From assembly GCF_000143415.4 (NCBI RefSeq), contig NW_003314340.1, positions 614,161-678,160 of the forward strand: 64,000 nt of DNA, in the 5' to 3' direction. The stretch is from Selaginella moellendorffii. Lineage: Eukaryota; Plantae; Lycopodiophyta. Within the stretch, counting starts at the first letter, position 1, and every line of letters starts with the position of its first letter. Shown one piece after another: positions 25,951-42,300 of the stretch. The notes below the pieces were generated by a model. It did no database searches. It was not told the DNA's origin and saw only the letters and a list, made by a program, of their open reading frames with translations. Both the position numbers and the translations under genes were made by a program.

Positions 25951-27869
25951 CTAAGGTTTAGGGTTTACTTGTCTACTTCTCTCCTTGATCAATTCATTCA
26001 ACCTCTTCCTCTCACTTTCAATCTCTTCACACCCAACTCCAAGCTTCTCCTCTTTGATCTTGATGATACTCTGTAGCAAGATGATTGCTTCATCCAATCT
26101 GCAACACACCAATTCACCAAGATCACGGAGAGCTCTTGCAAACCAAACCAAAAGAAACGAAATCCCACCTCCCAAGAGCATCGTAGGTGGCCGCCAAGTT
26201 CATGCTCACATCGATGGTGTCCGGGTGATCGATCCCACACGCCTGCTCCAGCAAGCTCCTCGCCTCCTGGAAGCACTCCCCGGCATCCACAATCTCGTAC
26301 AGCTCCACGCACGCCAGCCCCATTTGATTGAGCAGCAATCCCAAGAACACCATCTTCTTCTCGGGCAAACAAGCCTGATCCGGCGACGCCGCCTTGATCT
26401 TCATCACCGCGCTCTTGAAAGTCACAAGCGCCTCGCCGAATTTTCCAAGAACGTAGTAGAGAATCCCCATCTGCGCCTCGATCGCGGCCACGGCGCTCTG
26501 CTGCCCGAGATTATACTGCGCCGCCGGCTCGATCGCGTCGAGCACGCTGCCCAGCAGCTGGATCGCGCGCTCCGGCTCGTCCAGCGCGCCATACAGCGCC
26601 GCGATCTCTGTCAATCCGCTGATAATCTCGTCCAGCGCCTGCTGCTGCCGCGGGATTCTACTCCCCTGGATCAAACCCTCGTTCTTGGTGAAGAGCTTGA
26701 GCGCCGTCTCGCAATACGTGCGGCATTCGCGATTCTTGCCTGTTCTGAGGTAGAGATCGGCGAGACTCACATAGATCGACGCCACCGACGCGTGATCTTC
26801 CCCTCTCGCGGATTTGAAGACCGTGAGCGCCTTCTGGTAGGCAAACACCGCATCGTCGAAACGCCCTAGGGCAACGTAGGTGTCGCCAATGCTCGCCTCC
26901 ACGGCCGCCACCTCGAGATCGTGGCCGTTGGATTGGATGAGTGACATGCTGGCAAGGACGAGGTACTCGAGCGCCACGTCATGCTGGCCCTTCCCGCCAC
27001 AGATGAGCGCCATGAGCCGTCGATCCGCGGCCTCCTCAACTGATCCCGGCCGTCCGATGTGCGCGTGGATCTGGAGCAGCTCCAGGCACATTGCCTCGGC
27101 CTCGTCGAATTCCAAGTTCTAGAGGAAGAAGAACGAACGAACGAACGATTAGGGCTAGAGGGGGCGACGATCGGGGACGCGAATTCGCGGAGAATTCGCG
27201 AGAATTGGAGCTTACTTGCAAGTGGGCCTCGGCGAGATAGCGGCAAGTCTGCGCGACGCCGGGATCTCGATCGCCCACGGCCTTCTTCTGGAGATCCAGT
27301 GCGGTGTGATACGCCTGGAGTGATTCGGGGTGCCGGCCCATCAATCCATAGGTGTCGCCCAGGTGCATGTAGCCGCTGAAGATCGCGAGCGCGTGCTCGG
27401 TGCCCCGGCCAGCGTCAGGAGCCCTAATCGAGCGCTCCAGCGCGGCGATGGCGTCGCCGAATTGGCGGAGCCGGCAGTGGACAGCGGCCAGCGCGTGGAG
27501 ACTCATGGCCAGCTCGATCGAATTGCCGCCCGATTGCTCGTCCTCCTCGAAGAATTTCACCGCCTGGAGCGCGTAGTCCAGCGCCCTCTGCGGCGCGGTG
27601 GCGCCGCTGATGGATTTGGAGAGGCTCTTGAGCGCCGCCGCGGAAATGGGGGCGAAGGATCGCGCGGGGGATTGGCCCTTGGGGTTGGAGCTCCTCCGGA
27701 TCGTCTCCTTGCTCCCGCGCGGCGGCTTGTTGGGGCTGCCAGGCACGATCCGCGGCAATTCCGGTGGATTGCTCCTCCTGCCGCTGGTGATCCTGGCATT
27801 GGCGCCGCGATTCGTGTTCTCCTTGTCCTTGAAATCTGCGCTCTTACTCTCCATTCTCTCCAAATTCAC
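25951..27869 (-). CDS. KLCR: Kinesin light chain-related TPR protein (3 exons)
   Basis: TPR motifs MSLHALAAVHC, GDTYGLMG, TCRYLAEAHLQ, SVEEAADRRLMALIC, HPDTIDVSMNLAATYDALGR; ends KEEKLG..ERKRLNEL. Confidence 0.88.
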
Positions 27870-28513
27870 TGCTCAGCACTGCTAGATCTCCCGTGGACTG
27901 GTACACCCATTGGAAGAGCACAAATTCCCATTGGAAGAGCACAAATTGGCTCTAGAAAAGGATTTCTTTTCTCTTCCATCTCCCTTGCAAGTCAATCCAC
28001 CAATTACTTTGAAGAAAGTTTATCATCACATCAATCAACACCAATGTGGTTGGATCTTTTCTTTCCATCTCACGATGCAGCTTTTGATTATCACTTAGAT
28101 CTTCCATGAATTGCTATCAAAATCGCATTTTTAAAGGCTGGAAGTGGAACCCAGCCAAAGATCACACTCTTTTCCTTTCGTTCTAGCGACGAAGGATATA
28201 TTTTTCTATTGGCCACGTTGGTACAATGTCACACTCTGGCCAATAGAGAAAGGCATGAAGCAAGAAAATTCAATGTTCCATTTGCTACAAGACATTGTTT
28301 GCCAGCCAACTTCTTTCACAAACATTAAAGCACTTCCATTCCCAGCTTATTTAGTTCTTAAAAACCACACCATCTCCATCCAGCCCAGCATCAAATCAGA
28401 GAATGCTTCCTCTAGTATCAAAGCACCTTAGTTTAGTTTCCTCTTCTCGCAGGAGAGAACTTATGCTTACGCCGGGCCTGGCAGAGATCAAACTTAAAAC
28501 CACTCGCCAAATC

Positions 28514-30533
<2,020 letters not shown>

Positions 30534-30564
30534 GATTGAGGTCTTGTGCATTCAACTGTTACGA

Positions 30565-30932
30565 TTAGGCCTTTCCTGAGCTGCTGAAACCCCCCTCTAC
30601 ATAAATACGGTAGCTGAAAATATCTGAAGTACGTTCTAACGATGTCTTCCATCTGCGAGCCGGGTACCGAGATCCTCCATCCCGGAGGACTAAACCGCAA
30701 AAACTAGAGCCTAGGACGCATCGAGCAGCTTCGTCCATTTCAGAACCGGCAGAACCATGACGATTTGTCATCGCAGCAGGACAACTGCTGCCAAAAGCAC
30801 GACTCATCCATGACGCTGCATCAACAGCCCTCCTAGTCCCGTCCAAACTATGCCCCCTTTCGCCAGCCTAACAATTGGAGGCGGTGCAAACCGCCCAACA
30901 CCATAGATGATTGGCATTCCTTCTATGCTCAT
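30565..30932 (-). promoter_or_regulatory. Stacked upstream ORFs in kinase 5' leader
   Basis: uORF 30932-30804 (42 aa), overlapping uORF 30811-30740 (MDESCFWQQLSCCDDKSSWFCRF), uORF 30738-30565; all lie between a candidate acceptor at ~30952 and the main ATG. Confidence 0.6.
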
Positions 30933-31341
30933 GGGCTCAGGCACCACAATTCTGCAAGTAAAATCCACCGTCAGCCAGCTGATTCGAGCAAGCTTGCCGC
31001 GAGAAAATCCGCGAGGAGTTCTAGAGGGCGAGAATTTTGGGCGCTACTGCTGCTCTACTTACCCCAGGAATTGTGAAACGTGCCGATCCAGCCCGGCGCC
31101 TGGAGGCGCCTGGAGAGATTGATGCCTGCCGCCGCCTTGCTGCACTGTTGCCCCACCCCCCGACGCCGCCAAACCCTAGCCCTTGCTCCTGGCCAGCCCT
31201 AATAAGGACAGTGAATTTTTTTCTTGGTGGTGCCGCCGTTGGATTGGGCCGTCAAAAGCAAAATCGAAAACTATTTTGCGCGTAAAACTATTCCCTTTCA
31301 AATATCAAACTATGTTTTTGCGGGCTTCCATACACATACGA

Positions 31342-31412
31342 GCACTGCTGGTCTAGTGGTAGAATAGTTCCCTGCCACGGAACAGACCCGGGTTCGATTC
31401 CCGGGCAGTGCA
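31342..31412 (+). tRNA. tRNA-Gly (GCC)
   Basis: 71-nt cloverleaf: GCACTGC/GCAGTGC acceptor stem, GTTCC-CTGCCAC-GGAAC anticodon arm, GGTTCGATTCC T arm; T5 Pol III terminator follows. Confidence 0.97.
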
Positions 31413-31903
31413 TTTTTCCACCACATGAATAATCTTTTTATTGGCTTCAATACATTATTTTGTTCTTAGAAGTTTTATCTCTTTGATTGCTAATGGTTTC
31501 ATTCCAAGACTGTAAGAATCGATCAATCGGACAAATGGATCCCAGAAACACGACAATTAATTAGATGGGTCTTTAAACTAAAGTCGTGAGTGGAAGCAAA
31601 AGAGTGGAAAATAAAAGGAGCTAGAAGAGGAAGCCCTAGTTTTGTGGGTCATGGCGGAGGCAACGGGGCCGATCGCGCTGGCACGTTACGCATCATCGAT
31701 CTTGTAGTCGAGCGAGGCGCTGTGAGCGAGCGATCGATCGTCTCTTCCATGATCTAGCGCCAGCCAGTCCCTGCGCATTGGGAATTCCATCAGACGGATC
31801 GATCGATCGATCGGTCTACTTCCAAGGGATTTCAGGGTTCTAGCTGCGATCGGAGCTGCGGGTGATATTTCGGAAGGAATTCTTCGCGCGGTGGATTAGC
31901 AGC

Positions 31904-33468
31904 ATGAACGATCTTCTAGCGGTAGAAACCCCCATCGGCTGGAAAGCTCTCTTGGTTTTGAAAGTTTGTCTTGATCTTCTTTCTTCCAGGGTTCTTCGCC
32001 GCAAGCTAGGATCAGCGGCGACTCAAATGGAGACCTGGAAGCCGGGGTCGCTAACACAGGGATGGAGGATTTCCTTCAAGAGGTTCGTGTCTATGCCTTC
32101 CTGGAAAAGAGAATTTTTTATTCATCGGGGATTTTCTCATCAGGTTGGACATATCACTACCTCAATGGGACAGATTAGAAAAAACCTTCACAAGCTACAG
32201 GTAGTGATCTCTTTTTTTTTTTTTCCTTGTTCTTGAGACGCCTTGTGACCGGAATCATTTCAGGAAGCACACGAGGAATCTAAGACGGTCACCAAGGCGG
32301 CAGCAATGAAAGGTTCGTCAGTGAGGGGTGTTGGAAAAATTCTTTTCTAACATCAATGCCCTTGTCTTTCCCCACTACGCAGCTTTAAAGAAGCGGATGG
32401 AAGCGGACGTTGATGAGGTTAGCAAAGCCGCGCGAAAGATCAAAGTGAAGCTGGAGGCGTTGGATAAATCTGTGAGTTTTCTGGTTGATTTGGTGGATCA
32501 GTCTCTGGTTTTATACTTTTCGCAGAATATATCTAATCGTAAGAAACCGGGATGTGGGGAAGGATCGAGTATTGACAGGCAAAGGATGTCGATGACTGCG
32601 TATGTCGATCTATAGTTTTCGTGCTTGGTTCAATGATTATCAATTCTTAACAGAACTCTCAAGAAGAAGCTAAAAGACCTCATGGGAGAGTTCCAAGTAA
32701 GCCAGCTATCTTCGTAAAGAAAGAAAAGGCTAATAATGTAAAACTGGGTTTTGTCTCAGGACTTACGACAGAAATTCCAGGACGAGTACAGAGAAGTTGT
32801 CGAAAGAAGAATCTTTACTGGTGAGTGAAGAGGACATTGTTTCTTTCGCTTATAGAACTAAAACTTGTTCTTCCAGTCACTGGTAAAAGGCCAGAAGAGG
32901 ATATGATAGAGCAGCTGATTGAAACTGGTGATAGTGAATCAATATTCCAAAAAGCCATCCAAGAACAAGGGCGTGGACAGGTGATTTTATCTCTGGAACA
33001 AGCTCGTTCGTAACAAGCTCGTTGCTACAGATTTTAGATACCGTAGCCGAAATCCAGGAAAGACACGACGCAGTCAAGGACATGGAAAAGAAACTGCTCG
33101 AGCTCCATCAGGTATACAAGAGAAACAAAAAACTTTCGTGCCAAGAATCTCACTGTGCGTTTCCTTCGCTGCAGATATTCTTGGATATGGCTGTCCTCGT
33201 TGAGGCGCAGGGAGAGATGCTGGACAACATAGAAACACAAGTAAGAATCACCCTCAAAACTTTTAAAAATTGATCGATCGATCTTGCGCAGGTTTCCAAG
33301 GCGGTGGATCACGTCCAGGCGGGCACGAGCGCTCTCAAGAGGACCAAGCAGTTGCAACGCAGCAAGAGGAAATGGATGTGCATTGCCATCATCATACTTC
33401 TAATAGTGATCGCTGTCATTGTTGTAGGTGTCGTAAAGCCCTGGCAAAGCAAGTCTAACGGGAGATAG
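31904..33468 (+). CDS. SYP132: Plasma-membrane syntaxin, SYP13 group (Qa-SNARE), ~12 exons
   Basis: MNDLL; [12 protein letters not shown]; [11 protein letters not shown]; [26 protein letters not shown]; [23 protein letters not shown]; C-terminal [28 protein letters not shown]. Confidence 0.92.
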
Positions 33469-33944
33469 ATGTCTTACGCTAGCAAGCACGCATCGTGTTG
33501 TTTGATCGATTTTTACAGTAACAAGGTGACCATATTTACACGATTTACTTGTGCTGAAAATCTTTGTAAAAGGATGAGTAGTTGTTCTTTGTTTGTGAGT
33601 TTATTGCGAAGTACCTCAATGAGGAACGTTTCTTTCACAAATTCAATCTAGAAAGTGTTTAGCCGATTCTCGGCAGTATGATACTACATGATATTTCTCC
33701 TTAGGTACATGGCTGTGTTTTCTTCTGGACTGATTCGAATAAAAGGTCCTTGAGTTTAGCAAGCTTCACTGACTTCAAGATCAGATAAACTCTTTCTTCT
33801 GGTATAAGATGATAGCACCTACAAAACAGTCACTGAATAATAAGGATTGATACTTTCCAAATCCTGTGAGAAAAGGAAAAAGATGCCCTACTGTAGACAT
33901 CTTCGTAAATTAGCAGTTGCATTGTCACACAAAAAATTCACAAA

Positions 33945-36900
33945 AAATTGTCACTTATCAGCGTTGTCAACATTTTCCAGATTGGCAGCCACTATTTCTT
34001 GGGTGGAGACCTTGGCGTCAACAACATCTTGTTGGTGCTGCTGCAGTGGAAGGTTTGGACATCGAGATGCATCTGGGAAACGAGGAATTGCGCGAGTACT
34101 GAAAGGACTTTGCACAAATAAGTTAGTGACCCTTCTATATTTCTTTCGGGAGTATCATCAAGAGGTTCACTCGGCACTAGTTTATCTAGTGTTTACTTTC
34201 CAAGCTCATTTTTATAGCAAATGATCTCCTATTTTTCTCTCTATATTGGTTAATACAGGTTCGAGTTTGTCTTTTATTGCTCGACTTGTTGCCACACGTT
34301 GTCGTCTACACTTATGTCATGCAGTGGAGTCAGTTATGGCAATAGTTGTACACATGCATGTGCACGGGATGAAGTGGACTTAATTGTGCATGTGGGTGAT
34401 CTCAAGCTTAAGTTGTAATCATTGTGGGTGGTGCCAAGTCAAGCTTTAGACCTCATACTTTGTATGGATTGGTTGCAACACAATCGTGCCAAGTGTGACT
34501 TTGAGGCTTTCCCCCTTGTCTTATACTTCTTTATATTTCATTCATTCCTCTCACTTCCGTATTTCTTCGTCTTTTTGCTTCTACCTTTGCTTCCATTACT
34601 TTTGTCCCCCCACTACTTCTTTCTATATTTCTATTTTATTTTGCTCTTCCCTTTTTCGATCCCTCTGACAATTTTTGTGTTGCAGTCGTTGATCGGCTCA
34701 TAAAGGAGTATTCTAATCTCTTTGAGTTTGACCTATTGTCTGGGGCCAAGATTGCCATATGTCATCTGATTCCAACTAGGGATGCTTGTCCAATTAAGGT
34801 TCCCATTTGTCATCGGTCACCCAAAGAGATCAAGATTTTACGTGCAAATGTCAAAGAGATATTAGAGAAGGGTGTTATTCAGAAGTTACGAAGTCTTTAA
34901 GCATATGAACCTCATCTTGTGACAAAGCCTGATAGGAGTATTTGTTTTTACATTGACTATCATCCGTTAAATGAAGTGACGATCCTAGATGTGTACCTTC
35001 TTCCTCACACTGCTGATCTCTTAGATCGTTTGGGGTGATGTCGTTAATTCACCAAATTAGATCTTGCTTCTGGCCGAAGAAGATGTTCCTAAGATTGCTT
35101 TTCATATACCATTTGGTTTGTACGAGTTCTTGGTGATGCTATTTGGTTTGAACAATGCTCTAGCAACTTTCCAACGGATGATGGATAAGGTTTTTTGCGA
35201 TATGCCAGAAGTGACAACTAACTTCATTGATGATGTCTTGATCCACTTTGAAGGGATGTGGGAGAAACACATTCATGATGTTTATAAAATATTGGATTGG
35301 CTATGGGACGTTAGTTTAAAGCTGAAGCAATTGAAGTGCATGTTTGGGTCCAAGGACACAACTCATCTTGGGGACTGTATTTCTCGTGAGTGTTTGTAAG
35401 TTGATCCTAACAAACTTGTGGCTATTCTAAAGTTCCTTACTCCGAAGTGTGTGGCCTAATGCAAAAATATGGGTATTTCACCATTTAGTATGGCAAATGT
35501 AGAATAGGACTATGCATGTAAACTAGAGCTAGATTATGCCTTAAGTTGGTTGACCATGCCAACCTCTTTCCAACCCTAAACCCTTCCCTACTTTTAGGCA
35601 AGGTGCAATATCTTGGTCATTTTGTGGATCATATTTGAAATCGCATTGCATTGTTGTGAGCATTGTTGAAGTCATTAATATCATCTTTCATCTAGTCTCT
35701 AGATTGTGAGTGGGTGTTCGTGGATTTCAAAGCGCTATTGACAACTCTTTCGATTTCGGTATATTCTGACTACACTCGACATTTTATTTTACGCGTAGAT
35801 GCTTCTGATATTGGTTTTGGAGGTGTGTTGATGCAAAAGAACTCGAGTGTGCCTGGTCAACACCATCCTATTGCATATATAAGCCACACATTACAACCAG
35901 CAGAGGTGAATTACTCCATGACAGAGAAGAAGTATTTAGTAGCAGTCTAGGGTTTCGAGAAACTTCATGCATATCTATATGGTTTTCAGATATTACTTAA
36001 AAGTGATTATGCTATCGTTACTTCATTATTGAAACAAAAGAACCTAGTTGGTCGTACTGTTTAGTGGGCTTTGAAATTCTAAATATATGATTTTGATGTT
36101 GTTCATCACCTAGGGAGTTTTATAGCTGATACTAATGCCCTTTCTCGAGTTCCTCTTCATTCTCCACTCTCTTCTCATGTTTCTAATGAGCCTATTATTC
36201 TAGCATCTGTGGATTTTCTAGACAAGGATTCTTTGCCGTCAACAGTTGTTATACTTAATGTTCAATGTTCACAATGTGTAAAGCAAGATCTACCTTCTCT
36301 TGATGAGGTTCGCGAGGCTCAAAAGATTGAGCCATGGATTCAAAGGCTTCGAGATGGGTTTAAGAATCTTGGATCACTTACTAATAACTTGCCATTCCAG
36401 CATTTCCATTCTCAATATCACCTTGAAAATAGCCTTCTTTATTTATAGGGACGGATTTTAATGATCCTTTACGGCTGGTGATGCCTTTCATCTTTATTCC
36501 ACGGTTTTTCCATGTCTACCATGATTCTCCTGTTTTAGGCAGGCATATGGGACATCGTCGTGTGATCGAGAAGCAGTGTAGGTCTTTCTATTGGCCAGAG
36601 ATGCGACATGATGTTATTCGGTATGTGTGTAGCTGCATTTGGTGCCAAGATCATAATACTCCCCCTCATGCCGTGGAAAAATAGTTGGAGTCAATTGTAG
36701 TTTCTCGTTCATTTGAGTTGGTGACGTTTGATCTTATGGGACCTTTTCCACAATCGACTGCTAGTAATGAATACGTTATTATTGCTTATGACTATTTGAC
36801 TCGTTGGGGGTGCTCTTGCTAGTGCCTCTACAATTGTTGTTGGATACTTCCTCCTCAATTGAATGGTGTTCTAGCATTCTTGTCCAGAGCAGATTCTTCC

Positions 36901-37832
36901 GGATAATGGTCTCGCATTTATGGCTGAGGCATTTTATGTTTTGACGTCTTGGTTGGGGATATACCACACTTTCACTAGTGCTTATCATCCACAGTCAGAC
37001 AGTTTGGTAGAACGGCTTGTTCGGACATTCAAAGAAATGATCACGAAATACATGAACTTTTAGCATTTGGATTGGAATGGTTATTTGCCGTGTCTTCGGT
37101 ATGCATATATCATAGGAGTGTAGAGTTTTATTGGTGCTTCACCATATAAACTTCTATATGGTCATAATCCAATATTACCAATAGAGTTAGATTTACCTTT
37201 GTGATTGCCACGAGCTACTGATGCTAAGTCATGGGATTAGTATTTGACGAGCATTCTTCCACTTGTCCAAGTAGAGTCTACTAAACACTTAGGCCCCATA
37301 CAAGTGGGACAACAATGGCATTATAACTCCTATCATTATCCACCTGCGGAGTGCAAAGTGGATGACGTGGTGTTAGTCCATTTTTCTCATGTTACGATAT
37401 GTGGTTTATTTAAGGGGCTCCTTACTTAGTGGAAAAGACCGTATCTGGTGTTGTGGCAAGTTGGATCACAAGTTTATGAGGTTCGGCATGACATCCAACA
37501 AGCCAATTCTTCAGAAATTGTGCATATACAGCGGTTGAAACACTTCATATAAAGGGATCAAGAACAGCTAGTACCACCTACAGATCTACCGATGCTTCCT
37601 CTTCACGTTCCTTTAGATCCTGGCGATGGTTTTCTATTATTTCGAAAGGAGGGGATGATGTGAGGTTCAAGTGTATGGCTACAATGCCATATACTAATAT
37701 TAGTATAGTGTGTTTTTGGTAACCATCAGATTGGTTTCAATCTGGACCACTCGCTCTTGTATAAGCTAGAGTTTTTAAGCTAATTGATATGCACATTTTC
37801 TGTATTCCCTTTCCATGTTTCATACACTTACA
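33945..37832 (+). mobile_element. Degenerate Ty3/gypsy copy 2 (5'-truncated): PR, RT, RNase H, integrase, PPT, 3' LTR
   Basis: Collinear with 4180-6390; FQRMMD..FIDDVL RT; VDASDIGFGGVL RNase H; HDSP..HMG..CIWCQ integrase zinc finger; PPT AAAGGAGGGGA ~37645-37655; LTR 37659-37832. Confidence 0.9.
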
Positions 37833-39327
37833 TACCATAATAGGGATGTTTGTTAGAACATAAAATAAAATATTTGCTAAAAAAGTATTTTTATTTCTTT
37901 CTTAATTCTGTACTCTATGCTTTATAACTAATAAATGTTAGGTTTATCAGAATTTAAAAATTATTAAATTTTAAATAAAATTCTATATAAAACTATATAA
38001 TTGTTTGAAAGGAAAAAAAACAACCATTGATATAAGCTTTTTGTATATAAAATAGAGATTTGATTCTTTTCTAGAATACATTCTTGAGGGGTTTTATTAT
38101 ATCATATTATCTAGAATTTATGAATCTCTATTCACTCTCATTTGAAGAGAGGGAAATACATATAAATATCTGTGAGTTCTAGTGTTAGTAATTTAATGCT
38201 TGCAATCTTTTTTTCTAGGGTTTAAGGGCTAAGAAATGCAATAGCTATCCCAACTAAACCACACAAGAGAAAAAAAAAGAGGATAGTGAAGATAGTGATC
38301 AAATTCAATAACAAAAGATGTAACAAATTGAATGAAAAATAATGCTCTCCTACTTGTTTTAGATAATTGCAATTTCTTAACTTTTAAGAAATGCTTTATT
38401 TATTTTCTAGCTTCTGGTGAAAACAATGGCAATGATTAGTATGATGGCATATATGTTCTTACAACACACTGTACCATCATGTACCCGAAAGACTACCATA
38501 AAATATTTTTTGAGATGGTAAAGACAGAAATAGAGACATCCGAGTACTATGTCTAGTATTGCAAAAAGAGCACTCACAAGTAAATGAAATAAAAAGTGAA
38601 ATGAAAAACTTTTTTTTATTAATTAAAGTATAATAATTTTATATTATTGATAAAAAATAAACATCAATAGTTTTGGAAAATCTAGTTAGCTCCAAAAGTT
38701 TTTTTCAACTCAGCAATAATAAGGCTTGCTTGGTATATATGAATATCCACTTCAAAATTCTAGTGCAAGATGTTAATGAAAAATGCTTGCAAGGAATGTA
38801 TACCTTCTCATCTTCCTCACACTTTATAAAGTCTGGACATATGCAATAAAGAAAGTCTTGAATGGCAATTGTGTACTCTCCACCTAAGCTCTATTTCGTT
38901 AAAGTGGGAATTGTCATTATCCCACTTGTAAAATAAGGTTTCCAAACCTTTATATAGTATATAAATATAACAAAATTCAACTGCATTGAGGCATATGCCA
39001 TTTTATTTTAAACAAGGAAATGTCTACTCAATCACTTCTCCTCCCCCTGCCACTGCTTCACCTCTCTCTTCTCTTTGTCATCGTCGTCCAATTTCTTTCC
39101 ATCCTTTTAATATTGGCTCAGTTGCTCCGAGTCTAGGTGGAGCCCAAGTCCCCATTCAATCTTTACTTTCCCCTTATTAATAAAACAACTTTGTAGACTT
39201 CCAATAACATGCTGTAACACTTTTAGTATAATGCAAATCCTCTTAAAGAATTGTCTTTTAATATTAATACAATGACATGGAACCCCATGCCATAATAAGT
39301 TACATTTTTAAATAAATACATGCCATC

Positions 39328-42300
39328 TCAGACTGTTATTTTTTGCCTCCAACGCCTATACAATAATCTTGGAATTTCATCACTCTCCACACTATCAGGA
39401 TTTAAACCCAATAGTAATGCCATCTCTTCTCTAATACGTCCACGCTCATGTTCAGTGGTCGAAGAACCCATCCGGTTGAGCAGATTATGGAGATGCGGAT
39501 AGTGCTTGGCTAGACAATATACATGCCATAAATGATGACTGGTGTCTGTCCGATCAAATGGCTTCTGATATACCGTTCCATCTGCCATTTGGTTGATTTC
39601 TGCAGCCACCTCCTGGACTGGCCGGTTCTCTATCACCATTGCTCCAAGCCGTTTTGCAAGGTCCCCCAGAACATACGGTTTCTTCTCCCTAGTTTCCATA
39701 CTGCAAGAGATGGGGTGCACTGCATATGTGTGCGTGTTTGCTGCAGTTTTAATCGGCGAGTCATCGATGATGAGGATTTCACTTGACCTAGCAGTCCGGT
39801 TCATCACTATAGCCTCTGGCTTGACGAAGATGGGCTTGCTACCCCTCACATGGACCATAGTCAAGCAATCCTCCTGCGTTAGGAGAAAGTCAAATGGTAA
39901 TATTACTCGCGTCTGATCGTGCATCATCTGTAGCAACGTTAATGCATTGTGGCGCATCATGGATGTCCAAACTCCCAATTGCAAATTGAACCCGGCCCTC
40001 TGTTTTAAGTGTCGCATGGTCATTATTAGATCCCGCAGTTTCTCCCGTGTGATTAATGTGAATCTGTCTCTTTTGACCAACTTGCGACTGCAGGCTTTGG
40101 AGGGTGCAGTGACATTCGAGGACGAGCCACGCTCATGGGAGAAAAGGACACCGTTCAGATCAAAAACGATACAGTACCTTCGCCGTGACTATGAAATGAA
40201 ATGCGTCAGCATAAAAAATGGTACAAGTCAATTTTACCATCTACAATATTAGCGAATGGTGCTCCCGATGGTCGTTGAGAGGGTTTTGGTCGAGGAAACG
40301 TGAAGGGCGGAAATACTCTCCTCTACAATGTGGGGTCAATCGCATCCGATGGCGTATGGGCACATGCCATTTCAGCTGTAGACTCTGGTACAACTAGCTC
40401 AACAGTGGCATGGGGTGGTTCCGATGGCGTGTGATCACACGCCATTTCAGCTGGTGCCTCCGTTAGCAAAGTGGACATGACCAAACAGGCAGCAGGGGCA
40501 GTGTAGGGAGGTTCCAACGGGACGATTGGGCACAAGTTGAGTCTGTTGGAAATGAGGATACGACTGGCTCGGCGGCTGGGGCGGCCTCATGCGGGTCCAA
40601 TGGCGCCTGGTCACCGTCAGTTGGATACGTGGACAAGATTGACTTAGTGGTATGGGCAGCATCAAGTGGAGCGTGGTCAGCTTGCTTGGCGTTGATATGG
40701 ATAGTAGCCTCCACCAGCTCTGATGACTCTTGCAGCCAAGTAGAGTCCACTGGCGGATCCATATGCATGTCCAAATATCTCCCTTCGATTGAGATGGTAT
40801 CCTCCCGTGCTACTAAAAACAAACTCATTAGCACATTGAATCGACTATACTGTATTTACCATCAACTGCTATTGAGGAACTAGGACCGATATCACTTGGG
40901 CGCACTGCTGATTCTGAAGGATTGGACATACGTTTCGACCCTTGCTTGGCACTATCCTTCCTCGACACTAAAGGCTAGAGTTTGTAAATTCAACTGAATA
41001 ATCTCTACTTACCATTTGCTCTGCGACCTACATGGACAATGTTAGAAATGGTAAAAGGTTAGGAATGGATGTACTATTATTTACCTGATGGTTTGTCTTG
41101 TATGACCTTCCTCCGCTGCTCTTTGGCCACCTCAGGCTGGCCATCGTCGTCATCATCATCGTCGTCGTTATTGTGATCGTCACTATTGTGAGGACCATCC
41201 AAGTCCTCTTCTTCCTCCTCTTCTTCGTCCTCCTTTTCTTTGTCCTCCTCTTCGTCCTTCTGCTCTTCCTGCTCATTATCTTTCTCTGGCTCCTCATCCC
41301 CCTCCTGCATTTCTTCCATAGGCTGCTCAGGCTGGATGGCTTGTTCTTCCAGGACCATCTTGGGAAAATCATCTGGCCAAGTCTCCATCTCAAAATACAA
41401 GACATCCATAGCCTGTTTTAGTGCGTGACCTAGGACTGTATCCTCACCCGACTGTCTTAACATGGTTTCTGCACGTTCTTGCACCCTTCTAAGACGATGA
41501 GATGGGAAAAACGTGGCCCTGACTTGAAAAGCATCCCTCATCCATTGTACCTCTCCATTGAGATTGGGGAAGGGGAGTCCGCCATAGGAATCTGAGTCAG
41601 GAGGTGGTGACTGCCTACTTTCACTCAGCCCTTGATCTGCAATGAATGGCATGAGCACACACGCCATAACTGCGAGGCATTACCTATCATCTTTTCATTG
41701 CCCTTCTTCCTTTTCGAATCAAATGCCTCTGATCCCGACGACTGTCCAATGTGCTTTCGTTTTTTATGACCACTGTCAGTTTGAGCTTGGCTAGTGCTTG
41801 CCTGTTTTGCCTTTGAAGAAGTGTCTCCTGCAAGGAATGGCATGAGACCACACGCCATTGCAAATATAATTTGTACCTCCTTTTTTCCTATTGCTTGTCT
41901 GTTTGTCCTTCTTCGACGCGCCACCAGTGCGCTTTTCAGTCCTCGTGTCTGAATATTCACAATGATCTATAATCAAAATGGCGTGAGGCCTCACGTGACC
42001 TTACCTTGTGCAGGTTGTGAGCTCGGCCCAACATGGGTATCTTCAACAGTAGCTGTTAACGCCGTTTCAGCATCTGGGGGTGGCCACGCTCCTGCATACA
42101 AAGCTTGTGAGATAACATATAAACTTAAAGTGCGTACTCACCAGGTTCGCAGAGAAGATACTGTTTTTCTTTGGCAACTGTAATTATATGCTCCATTGAA
42201 GTCACCTCTTCAATGGAGTTTGTTACCGCAACACACAGGACACCCTTGAGTAGTGCGGCTCGAAAGAATAGTCCGCCGCAGTTGTACTCGACAACGCATT

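Noticed and set aside
25985-28109. Plus-strand ORFs of 294 and 259 aa
   Set aside because: Antisense shadows of the GC-rich KLCR gene
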